Below are positions 48,296 to 59,903 of a stretch of 64,000 nucleotides of DNA, one piece after another; position 1 is the stretch's first letter; each line of letters starts with the position of its first letter. Source of the stretch: Hormiphora californensis (taxonomy: Eukaryota; Animalia; Ctenophora); NCBI GenBank assembly GCA_020137815.1, contig CM035350.1, positions 8,246,001 through 8,310,000 on the forward strand, read 5' to 3'. The notes below the pieces were generated by a model, which saw only the letters and a list, made by a program, of their open reading frames with translations, searched no databases and was not told where the DNA came from. Position numbers and translations under genes: made by a program.

Positions 48296-48895
48296 TTAAT
48301 TTCTATATAATATTAATTATTAGTTGATTTAAAGTGTTTCGGCGGTGTAAGCGCTCATTCAGTGAGCCTGCCTCGTTCTTTTGGGTACATGATATTGTTT
48401 CCGTATTCATTTGAACGTTGAAAATCAAAATCATGTCAAGCGTGGTTATAGGCTGTTGGTGCGTGCGCCATTATTTTACACTATAAAGTGGATTATATAA
48501 ATGATTATATTAAAACCTTGGGAATATTTACCAATCACATATTGTGCAATGTGGAATGTGCATACTCGTGACTTTCACATGCGCTACAGTTCATAGTTCC
48601 CCGGTGTGCACCACTGTGTACGTTTCTGATGGCCAGATAAAGGGGAATGCAGCTTAGGCCAAGTGTCCAAATGGTACATTTACTATTTTGGTGGTTTTTC
48701 AATGTACTTTAATTTGCATTTTAGCTTTTGGATCGAAAGTGAATTGAACAGAAAAGTTAAAAACCGTCTTCTGTTGATTTTACTGTCACTACTCTGCATG
48801 CCAGGCTTTGACAATTGCTTGACATTTTGCATGCTTGTGACACTGTTTTGCTATTGAAATACTGCCTCTCTCAAAACTAAACTATTTTCAAGGGA

Positions 48896-51805
48896 ATGGC
48901 AGAAAGTATTAAAGTTGCCGTGCGGGTGCGGCCGTTCAATCAGCGGGAAAAGGACAGAAAAGCAAAACTAATTGTTGATATGCTCGGAACAACTACTCTA
49001 ATATCCGACCCTAAAGCGAAAGACACTGATCCCAAACAGTTTACCTTTGACTACAGCTACTGGTCCCACGATGGCTATAAAGAGGACGAACAGGGATACA
49101 TGCACCCTGCTGACGAGCGGTACTGTGACCAAGCCAGGGTGTTCAAGGATCTTGGAGAGGGAGTGCTAACAAACGCATGGGCAGGATACAATTGTTCACT
49201 GTTCGCCTATGGGCAAACTGGGTCAGGGAAATCGTACTCTATCGTGGGGTATGGTGCAAATAAGGGAGTTATTCCGGTAATTTGTCAGAGACTGTTTTCC
49301 AAAATAACAGACATGAAAAAAGCCAAGCCTAAAGATGAGTTTGAGGTGACGCTTAGTATGATTGAGATCTATAATGAGCAGGTCCGTGATCTTCTTAATG
49401 CTGAGACTATGAAAATTAAGGGAGGTCTGAAGGTTAGGGAACACCCCAAAACCGGGTTTTATGTTGAAAAACTCACCTCAACTCGTGTATCAAGTTATGA
49501 AAACATTGAACTGAAAATGGAGACAGGAACAAAAAACAGAACTGTTGCTTCAACGGCTATGAACGCTACGAGTAGCAGAGCTCATACCATTGTCGCGATA
49601 ACGTTCGTCCAAAAGACTCAGGATGGCAAACGAGGCATGACAAAAACTTCAGTTATCAATCTTGTTGATCTGGCTGGTAGTGAAAGGGCAGGGTCGACAG
49701 GGGCCGCTGGAGACAGGCTGAAGGAAGGAGCAGCAATCAACCAGTCTCTGTCAACTTTAGGAAATGTCATTGCCGCTTTGGCAGACCAAGCAGCGGAAAC
49801 AAAAGGCAAGAAAAGTATGGTTCCCTTCCGGGATTCAGCCCTAACAAAACTTCTCAAGAACGCCCTTGGTGGAAACAGTAAAACTGTAATGATGGCAGCT
49901 GTGTCACCAGCCGATATCAATTACGAGGAAAGTTTGTCGACTCTAAAGTTTGCCGATCGTGTAAAGAGGATCAAGACCAAGGCGAGTGTCAATGAATCGC
50001 CCACCGAGAAGTTGATTCGAGAGCTGAGGGAGGAAAATGCGAAGTTAATGAAAATGTTGGGTGGTGGAAGTGTGGAGCAGCCTGCGAGTGTGGAGATCTC
50101 TGAGGAGGAGAAGGAGAAGATGAGGCAGGAGCTTGAGGAAGAGCTGAAGGCACAGATGCTTCAGAACCAAGCAGCTCTTGATAATGCAAGGGAAACCATG
50201 GAGGAGAAACTTGCAGCAGCAAAGCGGGAGTTGGAGAAGGAAAAGGAGGAACTGCGGAAGAGAAAGAGTGACGATGAGAGAAGGAAGAAGTTACCTTATC
50301 TGTGGAATCTCAATGAAGATCCGGCACTGTCAGGCATTGTCTGCCACATGATCGAACAGAAGGAAGTGATAGTTGGTAAAAGTGAGAAGGCTCTTATTAA
50401 ACTACAAGGTCTCAGTATCTTGGATGAACATGCTGTGATAGAGGTGGATGGTCCAAAGATATACTTGACCTGTCCCGGTGATGCTAAGGTGATGATAAAT
50501 GGTGATACCATCACCACCAAGACAGAGCTCCTTCACAATGACAGGATGGTGTTCAGTGCTGGACATGTCTATGTTCTTCACCACCCCCATCAGTTCAAGG
50601 AGGCAGAGAAGTCTGGAACAACTTTCAAACCGGTCACATGGGAATCTGTCCAGACGGAGATCGCCCAGAAATCAGGATGGGATGTGAATAGTAGTGGGAA
50701 GTCCGAGGACGAGCTACTCCTCCAAGAGGAGCTCATCTCTGTTATGCCGATGGTGAATGAAGCAAATGCGATCAGCGAGGAGCTTGATAAAAAGAAGACA
50801 TTTGAGATCGCGTTGGTGTCTCCCCAGGCCCGGGGGACTACAGGTCGAACTATGGTCATGGTGAAAATGGCCGATCTGGTTCATGGTAATTACTGGATGT
50901 GGGAACGAAACAAGTTCATCAACCGGAAATACAAAATGCAGGAAATGTACCAGAACTACGTGACCGGTGATCCTGATTGGGACCTCCCTCAGGAGATAGA
51001 TCCATTCTATGAAGATGTCACTGACCACGTACTAATTGGCCAGGCGCAGGTCCACCTAAAGTGCTTGGGGTACCTTATTGGGTTTGAGGAGAGCATTATT
51101 ATCACTGATTACGAGGCCAAGGAACGGGGCTACCTAGAGGTTGAGGTTGTCCCTTTGAAACCAGACAACACACCCATTACAGATGAAGACGAGGAGTATT
51201 TTATTGAGGACCCCTCAGAACTCGTTGGGAAGCAGCTGAGTTACAATGTAAAGATCGTGGGAGCTAAAGGTCTCCCCTCCAAGATATCCCAGGATGTGTA
51301 TTGTGATTTCAGGATGTATCTCGATGAGGAAGATGAGCGGACACCTGGGGTGAGTTCCATGAACCCTGACTGGGCCCATACCAAGAGATATTGTCACAAT
51401 CCCGTCACAGAACAGCTCATATCGTATCTGAGTGAGGAGCCTCTGATAGTGAGGATTTGGGGGAAACAGAAGTTGGAAAGGGTAAAGAGTTCGGCGAACC
51501 TGACAACGCGACAGTTGAAGACACTTAATGAGAAGGAGAAGATTAGTCAGGTCATGAAGAAGATGGCCGCTACCCCGGGTAATACTGACATGGCTGTAAT
51601 GATGAGGAAGATTGATATGATGCTGAAAATTATTAATGATGTTCGGGGTTGTGTGACGGACGCGAAAAAGGCGGGAAAATCAACTGTCAAGGTTGAAGAG
51701 TTGGATAAAATATTAACAGCTGATAATTCCTCATTTGAAGATGTTCAGGAGATAATCGAGAATGAAAAGAATAACCCTGATAGTAAAGTGTGTTCTATCC
51801 AATAA
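48896..51805 (+). CDS. KIF28: Kinesin-3 family motor, KIF28/KLP-6-like, 969 aa, intronless CDS
   Basis: IKVAVRVRPFN, FTFDYSYWSHDG, GQTGSGKS, NATSSRAH, LVDLAGSER, coiled coil, NLNEDP..FHA domain, VNEANAISEEL, a C2-like region and a terminal CaaX (CSIQ). Confidence 0.93.
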   Translation: MAESIKVAVRVRPFNQREKDRKAKLIVDMLGTTTLISDPKAKDTDPKQFTFDYSYWSHDGYKEDEQGYMHPADERYCDQARVFKDLGEGVLTNAWAGYNCSLFAYGQTGSGKSYSIVGYGANKGVIPVICQRLFSKITDMKKAKPKDEFEVTLSMIEIYNEQVRDLLNAETMKIKGGLKVREHPKTGFYVEKLTSTRVSSYENIELKMETGTKNRTVASTAMNATSSRAHTIVAITFVQKTQDGKRGMTKTSVINLVDLAGSERAGSTGAAGDRLKEGAAINQSLSTLGNVIAALADQAAETKGKKSMVPFRDSALTKLLKNALGGNSKTVMMAAVSPADINYEESLSTLKFADRVKRIKTKASVNESPTEKLIRELREENAKLMKMLGGGSVEQPASVEISEEEKEKMRQELEEELKAQMLQNQAALDNARETMEEKLAAAKRELEKEKEELRKRKSDDERRKKLPYLWNLNEDPALSGIVCHMIEQKEVIVGKSEKALIKLQGLSILDEHAVIEVDGPKIYLTCPGDAKVMINGDTITTKTELLHNDRMVFSAGHVYVLHHPHQFKEAEKSGTTFKPVTWESVQTEIAQKSGWDVNSSGKSEDELLLQEELISVMPMVNEANAISEELDKKKTFEIALVSPQARGTTGRTMVMVKMADLVHGNYWMWERNKFINRKYKMQEMYQNYVTGDPDWDLPQEIDPFYEDVTDHVLIGQAQVHLKCLGYLIGFEESIIITDYEAKERGYLEVEVVPLKPDNTPITDEDEEYFIEDPSELVGKQLSYNVKIVGAKGLPSKISQDVYCDFRMYLDEEDERTPGVSSMNPDWAHTKRYCHNPVTEQLISYLSEEPLIVRIWGKQKLERVKSSANLTTRQLKTLNEKEKISQVMKKMAATPGNTDMAVMMRKIDMMLKIINDVRGCVTDAKKAGKSTVKVEELDKILTADNSSFEDVQEIIENEKNNPDSKVCSIQ

Positions 51806-51953
51806 TTGTAACCGAGTAACCATGGTTTTAATTTGTGTGACGCATCGATGTGATAGTCACTTAAGTCAGATAAACAGACATAAAAACTATTTCTTTTTAA
51901 ATCCGTTTCGTGTGTATTGTGTATCAAGAACAGAGACAAACCAAATCGTTATT

Positions 51954-52866
51954 GGTTGTCCAAGAAATAATGTCGCGAGCCGATTTCTCCAACTTAACTC
52001 AACAATTTCGGTATACGACTTTTTCTAGCGCCTTGATCTAACCCTTGTCTGTATATAACAAGTGTCTGTTTTGAAAAATTTGATATTTGACGTCCCTTGG
52101 TGAACCCGGAAAAATTGCAAAAATTTTTGCCGCTGAACGAGATTTTCGTGCATGTTAAAAAAACTGCTATAGTTATTTAATCAAGCATCTGTAAGATTTT
52201 TAATGACATCAAGCTTGTTTATTAGACAAATATCTATCGTTTGAGTGGTGAATGAAGTCACAGATCCTATTTGTCTCGGAGCTATGGAGCTCTGAAAAAT
52301 TTTGGTCAAAATCGGAAATTTTCACTTCCGGGATACTACAGGTTTGATTGGATTGGTGAATGATAAATTTTTTGATGGTAATTAATAGTCCCAACTAAGC
52401 TTTTAACCTTAGTTAAGTTAACTTTTGGCTTTGGTAAGGTTTTGAATTTGAGGTGAAAAAATGCGGTTTTTTGAAAGTCCCGATTTTTGGGTCCAAAATC
52501 GAGGTAAAATTTTTCGTTTTTTCACTTTTTTGGGGTAGATTTACTAAGTTTGCCGTTTCCATAGAACGCGTCGAGACTAAAATCGCATGGGTACTATATC
52601 TTTGGACGATGGGCTATCGATTGACGCCATTTAGAGTTCTGGAAACTTCAATGGCTTCCTTCCAGCGACGTTTTAAAGTTTGCAAAACTCCCGTTCAGCG
52701 GCAGAGCGACTTCCGGTGACAGATTACCCAAATACGGGCAATGAAAATATTAGTATGAAATTCTAAATGTGTTTTCCAGACGGGAAATTGTCTACTGAAC
52801 AAGAAAGAACGCTAACTCATGCATTTCTACAAAAAATCGTAAGACGACATTATTTCCTGGACAACC
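51954..52866. mobile_element. Non-autonomous DNA transposon, 22-bp TIR
   Basis: ggttgtccaagaaataatgtcg at 51954 pairs with cgacattatttcctggacaacc ending at 52866 (1 mismatch). No clean TSD. Confidence 0.6.
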
Positions 52867-53054
52867 TAAATGTTTCATACATGTGAATACTATGTCTTTT
52901 TTGTGTTTTTCGACTAAACTGTACAGGGTGAAACTATTTTATTTATGTTCTATGAACTTTGATCTTCTTCGTTTCAATTTTATTCCAACAATATCCCTCT
53001 AACCACACTATCTCCAATATAATATAGTAATTTAGGATTTAGAAAACCATTAAA

Positions 53055-54468
53055 ATGACACAGTATATGGGGACACTACCAAACTTTGGAGAGAGAAAGG
53101 GATCTCTGCTACTACGGTCAAACCAATGCAACTTTAGGAAAGGAGTTCTCAACACTAACTGGTATGCACAATTAATACATACAGTTGCAGTCCCAAACAA
53201 TAGTTTTTATACTTACTCAATTTACCGCTGTATTTTAGCCGGAGCAGAATAATACCGTTACATTAATTTCTCAAAATTCAGGCTACACCCCTACTTCCTC
53301 CCTCTTTCTCTTATCTTTAAACTGTACTAACTTGATTCTCCACACATTCAGGGATAAAATGCGGGAGGCGGAACCCAAGGATTATGATATCTCAAACCCT
53401 CGGAATTACAATCTTCACAAATCAACCTACAGGGGCGGATTTAGTTGCGTGATTTCTGGTAATGTAAGTGTGAAGCAGTACAGCATCCTATCTTCTGCCA
53501 CCCCATTCCATGCACTTATCTCCCGTATTGTGCTGCTACCCAGCACTCTTTATGCACGATTAAATATTCAACCTCCACTAACTAGTATTGCCCTCTCAGG
53601 AGAAAGCACCGATAAGTGAAATGAAGGAACGCATGTCGGATTGCCACAAAAAGGCCGATTTCGAAAAGAAAGAAATCCACAAACTCATGCTCGACTCTGA
53701 TGCTTTCAAAACTGTCGATTGGGACAAGTAAGAAATAATATAACTTTCAAATTATAACAGTAATTATGATTCGAGTAGACAATATCACTGCCTGTATTTG
53801 CCTGGCTAGACTGTGTTTCGGGCGCCCCGCCCCCGCCATCACAATCCTTTACAAATGTAAAGGGAGGGTTAGAACATAACAAGCCTGTATAACTATAACA
53901 TGGTTAACCCAGTTCCCTGTTCTAGGACTAACAAGCAAGCTCTGACAAGGCATGCTCCCCATCACAACTCTCTCTTCCTGAATACCACGCACAAGGAAGA
54001 CTTCAAAGCCCCTTACGGATTTATACCTAAACAAATCGTAAGTTCTATATAACTCGCCACCCAAACTGTACAAGATACACCCCAATATAACTCTGTTTCC
54101 AGTAGCTCTATTTCACAATGTTCCCTGACAGGAAAGTGTGTCGATTAAACCCACGAAACAGTGGAGAAAGAGCCACAGTGAGCTGTATGACAGGTGTGAT
54201 CACAGAAGGTGGGGGATCAACACATGGCAGGATGAATACAGGGTGCTCCGACCTGTTAGTGGTCCTTCTGTTGTCCTCAAGGTTAGTATACTAATAGTTA
54301 TACTAGTAGTGATTTGGCCGTTCTTGCTTTGAAATATAATCTATTTAATAGATGTATGTTGAATCATAATGCCCTTCTCTCTCTCAGGGTACCCCCATGT
54401 CGACACGGCGGACACTTCCCCTGATAACCAGTGCTCGCAAAACGTACAGGGCCAATATCTACCAATAG
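53055..54468 (+). CDS. CFAP95: Cilia- and flagella-associated protein 95 (C9orf135) homolog, 229 aa, 6 exons
   Basis: Exons 53055-53161, 53352-53463, 53600-53727, 53926-54037, 54132-54281, 54388-54468 join in frame (690 nt). Motifs ERKGSLLLRS, W..REAEPKDYDI, STYR, TTHKEDF..PY and RRWGINTWQDE match CFAP95 as I recall it. Confidence 0.85.
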
Positions 54469-54523
54469 ATGCCAGATAAAGAGGGCGATACGTCAATTGC
54501 AGAGAGTCAAGAACTGTTATAAT

Positions 54524-54640
54524 ACCGGCTGGATTGGTATCGAAGACACCTCACACTCTGTTCGCGGCCTTCGTTTGGCGTGCTTCGCACGCCGCGCCGG
54601 CAAGGGAGGGGTAACTTCGTTACCAACCGGCTGGATTGGT
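54524..54640. mobile_element. 87-bp hairpin-rich insert flanked by 15-bp direct repeats
   Basis: accggctggattggt at 54524-54538 and 54626-54640. Internal hairpins gcgtgc-ttc-gcacgc and ggtaac-ttc-gttacc. Confidence 0.55.
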
Positions 54641-55504
54641 GGTGAATTATAGTAGCGATAGAAGTAGCGATAGAATGACAATAATATTGATTTATAATGC
54701 TTTAGTATAGCTGCTGTAAAATAGTAAGTTAATGAATTGTAGCTGTTATGTGAAGTTAAATATTTTAGTATGTAGTGGGATATAATGTGTTACATGACAA
54801 ATTGTGCTGAACTGAATGTGATTTTATACTCCACAAGCTAGTGAGTTTGCTCTGATTGAATTCTTTTTGATAGATGTAGTATGTCCAGATCAAGAAGGCT
54901 CAGACATCCCCTGAATAGCCTATATAGCAAGCTATTACGATCTGATGACCTCTAAGAGTTGAACTCTCTGTTTACACTCGATCTGTCATGATCGCCGAGG
55001 TTTCGTTACTATGGCAACCTTTTGGTGTTGCGTTTGTGTGGGGCGCGGTAACTCTGATCTGATGAAAGTGCAGCATGTCAGTTCAGTGCGCGTCCGCGCG
55101 CTCTTCTCCATGCATTTGCGGCAACCCGAATGCTGAATCTGCGGCAACACTGTGCCAGCCGCCAGCCGTGTTTTTGTTCCGATTGATGTTGTGACAGATT
55201 GTGTCAGACAAAACAAAGATAGTAATGAAACTCGACTACTCCCTCACGACTCATCCAAAATAATGCTACAAAACAAAAGACTGAATTTATTGATATCAAA
55301 ATACAATTACAAATCAATATAGAAATATGTACTTGCATGCCCATATATATTAATATATTGTTAGAATAGTCATTTTATATTCAGTTGAAACTCTCAAATG
55401 GTTTAAAATTCTCTGACACAAGGGTAAAAACGTAAAAAAAGGAACAAAAAATGTCAAGTTTGAGAAGAAATAAATTGTCAATTTCCAAAATAAATTATCC
55501 CATA

Positions 55505-58500
55505 TCATTGCGTACAGCATGTTTTATAGCTGTTCTCAATTGATCTCTGGCAACAGTCACACTTTTCAAGGCGAACCAACTTATCTGCTATCAACTGAAA
55601 GAAACGGGTTAGAAGTAGGAATGTGTAGGTACACGCTGTATGGCGGCGCCATACCAGTGCGCTCAGATGGGTCGCGGCGCCAGACAGGGTACACGCAGGA
55701 CGTAAATCACGCAAAGATACTTGGACACCCTGTACAATTGTAAACACATACTAAATTCATTACTAAATTCTGAGTCCAGACTGTCTCGCGTTGTTCGACA
55801 GCCTGAACAAGGCAACTGCACGAACCTTTTCCATTTTATCGTTTTGCAGATTCAACTTTCTCTCATCTAACATCATTTTGGCGAGAAGGCGGAAAGTCTG
55901 AAAATGAGTAGTTTGGTGATCTGCGTGATATCGTTCCCCCAATGCATGATCTTTGTGCAATGTGCAGTAGTCAGTTTAATCGTGGTTTGAGTAGTATTAT
56001 GGGGTGACTAAATCTGCATGCTATATGATTCAACCATGACCTTATCATGACCTATAACACTGTCACCTTACCGATCGAACGTTGATATTCTCTTTAGCAC
56101 TGCTCTCCATAAATGGGGCGTTCAGTCGACTCGAAACCTAGAGAAGGATAATCAAGGGTCAAAATATTGAATTGACAACAGACTGAGACAGTGCATGTAC
56201 ATCTATTACAATCAGTACACATCGAGTTCGAACAATACAATTTCACACTGACCGAAGCACATAGTTTGGTAACCTGTAGGCACTTACCATTAAACCATCC
56301 TCAACTGGAACCAGCCGGTTTGCTATATCACACTTATTCCCTATTATTAGGACTCTTGTTTGAGGCGGGCAGTATCTTTCTATGTCGCTCTGCCATTGTA
56401 AGATACTCCGATAAGAAGTCTCACAGTCCACTGAGTACATCAGTATCACTCCCTGGAAACAAGTGGATTGTGCTAAAGAAACAGGCGGTATTAGGAAACG
56501 TATAATAAATTATAAAAGAGTCTGTCAAAGTAACATTAATAAGTTGAAAAATGAGGAAGTTTTGTTTTCTCCTTCAGGCTGGACAAAATGAGTAGACGGG
56601 GTTTTTATTGTAGCGTTCTTCTACAATAAAACCCCCGTCTACTCATTTTGTCCAGCCGCAAGGAGAAAACAAAACTTCCTCACTGATATGCGGCTAATAA
56701 ACAATCAACCGATCCTTATTCTCTAAGTTGAAAAAGGCATGGTTACTGTTATACAACAACGTCCACACAAGTTTTAGTGACACTTCACAGGCGTTATATT
56801 GTCAATCGAAAACCAGAAAACCGGAAAAACTTTTCCGAAAGTCAGAAGTTTTCTCGTCAAACAGTGCTGAGGTCGTGACAAGCAATGATATGCGCGCGAC
56901 CCTCTCCATCTCTATGTTTTCGCGCGTTACATTAACGTCTCACCACATTGAACCACGAGCTGATCATCATCAACTGCTGCAGCTATCTTTGTAGAAACTT
57001 CAAACTATGGCGGTAAAAACCCGAGCCGGTCTTCCCTAGATAATTACACTCTCAGGTGTTGAACAATTGCGAATGGTGTGTGTAATGTATGTGAGAGGTT
57101 CTAGGGCAGGTGAGTAGAACTTCGCTCCTAATAAAAGGCTGCAATAAAAGGCTGCAGAAAAAGGCTGCAGAAAAAGGCTGCAGTAAAAGGCTGCAGTAAA
57201 AGGCTGCAGAAAAAGGCTGCAGAAAAAGGCTGCAGTAAAAGGCTGCAGGAAAAGGCTGCAGAAAAAGGCTGCAGAAAAAGGCTGCAGTAAAAGGCTGCAG
57301 AAAAAGGCTGCAGAAAAAGGCTGCAAGGGATCACGTATCCAACCAGACTAAAGCGTGGGATAGACCGAATAGTCTTCCCCTAATAGTGTTTCGTATCACG
57401 TATCGGCTGTAAAGAGACCGAATCACCCTCCCCTAATTATAGTGATTCGTGTCACGTATCCAACTAGACCATAGGCGATAGAGAGACCGAGATAGAGAGC
57501 AAGTACGAGTGAGAACTGAATGAGTGAAAAATCAGAATCACGGTATGGTATCACGACTCACGTACCATGGTATCCTCTAATGAAAAGCGGTTACCAATTG
57601 ACAATGAGACCTCATCGGTCCCGATACGTGATTCTCTACCGCTATCCCACCGCTATGTATTCTCCATTAGTCTTTCCGTATCGATCCACGATTCAGTAGA
57701 GGTAGTCAGTAACTACTGAGAGTGTTGGTCTAATGAGGTAGAAAACGGCCGAAATCTCGAGTTCGCTTTTCGTGATTTTAGCACTAGAGTCCGCTTACCG
57801 ATCTATTGATTGAGCGTGTAGCACAATGAGTGCTACACGCACTCACAATATGACAGGTGAACCACCCAACCACTTGGTTCACCTATCATAGTTTCTACCT
57901 CATTAGACCAACACTTTCAGTAGTTACTGACTACCTCTACTGAATCGTGGATCGATACGGAAAGACTAATGGAGAATACATAGCGGTGGGATAGCGGTAG
58001 AGAATCACGTATCGGGACCGATGAGGTCTCATTGTCAATTGGTAACCGCTTTTCATTAGAGGATACCATGGTACGTGAGTCGTGATACCATACCGTGATT
58101 CTGATTTTTCACTCATTCAGTTCTCACTCGTACTCGCTCTCTATCTCGGTCTCTCTATCGCCTATGGTCTAGTTGGATACGTGACACGAATCACTATAAT
58201 TAGGGGAGGGTGATTCGGTCTCTTTACAGCCGATACGTGATACGAAACACTATTAGGGGAAGACTATTCGGTCTATCCCACGCTTTAGTCTGGTTGGATA
58301 CGTGATCCCTTGCAGCCTTTTTCTGCAGCCTTTTTCTGCAGCCTTTTTCTGCAGCCTTTTACTGCAGCCTTTTTCTGCAGCCTTTTTCTGCAGCCTTTTA
58401 CTGCAGCCTTTTACTGCAGCCTTTTACTGCAGCCTTTTTCTGCAGCCTTTTATTGCAGCCTTTTATTAGGAGCGAAGTTCTACTCACCTGCCGGTTCTAG

Positions 58501-59011
58501 CTAATGGGGTTGTAACAATATCACTCGATTCATGGCGGCATGTGATGCAAATATGTGAGTCATATGAGAAAGGGCGAACACTTCTTTCTTTTCTTCAATA
58601 ACCCCTCCCTGAGTGTCTGCGTTATCATGACTCTGTACACAATGAATAATGAATAAGGCCGAGGGGAGGGAGAGAAAAGGAGGGACAGCAAGACAAAAGG
58701 AGACAACTCCAATCACAAAGCAGAACCCTCTTTTCTGTTCATCTCACGAGACTCTATAGTGCCCAGCAATTGTGATTGCCCAGCTTTGTTATGAATTAAG
58801 AACCACCAGTCAACAAATTTTAAAAGTCTTCTGTCGATGTAAGACTGTAATTGTTATGTCTGTCAGTTCTCTGTATATCATACCTGGGCATTTCTGAAGT
58901 GATTTCTCGTCAGTGTTCTGTACCTTTCCTGTCCGGCGGTATCCCTGAGAGAAAATATTGGGTTGGAACAGGGATAATAGAGATGTTGAAAATAACATAA
59001 AGAGAGAGAGA

Positions 59012-59060
<49 letters not shown>

Positions 59061-59853
59061 ATGCTGCGATAGCAGCGATCGTCTCTCCTCTCTCCTCTCT
59101 CTCTCTCTCTCTGCTCTATCTCTCTTCTCTCTCTCTGCTCTCTCTCTCGATCTTCTCTCTCTCTTCTCTGCTCTTCTCTCCATCTTCGCTCTCTTACTCT
59201 CTCTCTTTAAAAGGGTGAAACCTTTTTCCCCCTTTAATTTATTTTTGGGGGGGTTTTTCCCCCTTTTCTCCCCCCCCCTTTTTTTCCTTTTTCTCCCCCC
59301 CCCCTTTTTTATTTTTTTGGGGCTTTTCCTTTAAATTTTTTTTTCCCCTTTTTTGGGGTTCCCCCCCGGGTTTTTTCTTTTTCCAAATTTTTCCCTTTTT
59401 CCCTTTTTTTCCCCCTTTTTTTCTTTTTTTTGGGGGTTTTCCTTTTTCCCTTTTTTTTTTCCGGGGTTTTCCCCCCACCCCTTTTTTGGATTTTCTTTTT
59501 TTCCTTTTTGGGGGAAATTTTTTTTCTATTAAGGGGTTTTTTGGGTTTTTTAAAAAGGAATTTTTAGTGGGTTTTTTAACCTGGGTTTTAGGTTTTTATT
59601 TTTTTCCCTGGGGGGGGGTTCCCTTTGGGGGGTTTTTCCCTTTAAGTTAAAACCTCTGGGGGGGGGGAAAAAAAAGGGGGGGGGGGGCCCCCCGGGGGGG
59701 GCTTTTCCCCTGTGTTTTTTTGTTTTTTCTTTTTTTTTCCCTTCCCCCCCCCCCGGGGTTTTTCCCTTTCCCCCTTCTTTTTTTTTCCCTTTCCTCCCCC
59801 CTTTTTCCTTTTCCCCCCAAACTTTTTTCCCCTTCCCTTTTCCCCCCCCCTTC

Positions 59854-59903
<50 letters not shown>

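Noticed and set aside
36359-51397. Antisense ORFs overlapping the LINE, Copia and kinesin CDSs
   Set aside because: These are expected shadow ORFs of long coding regions.
53811-53856. Extra CFAP95 exon candidate (..RPRHHNP..)
   Set aside because: It needs a frameshift; the exon at 53926 joins directly in phase and matches the family better.
57128-58465. 13-bp repeat arrays as a CRISPR-like array or Cys/Phe-rich proteins
   Set aside because: There are no spacers and the context is eukaryotic; they are subterminal repeats of a TIR element.
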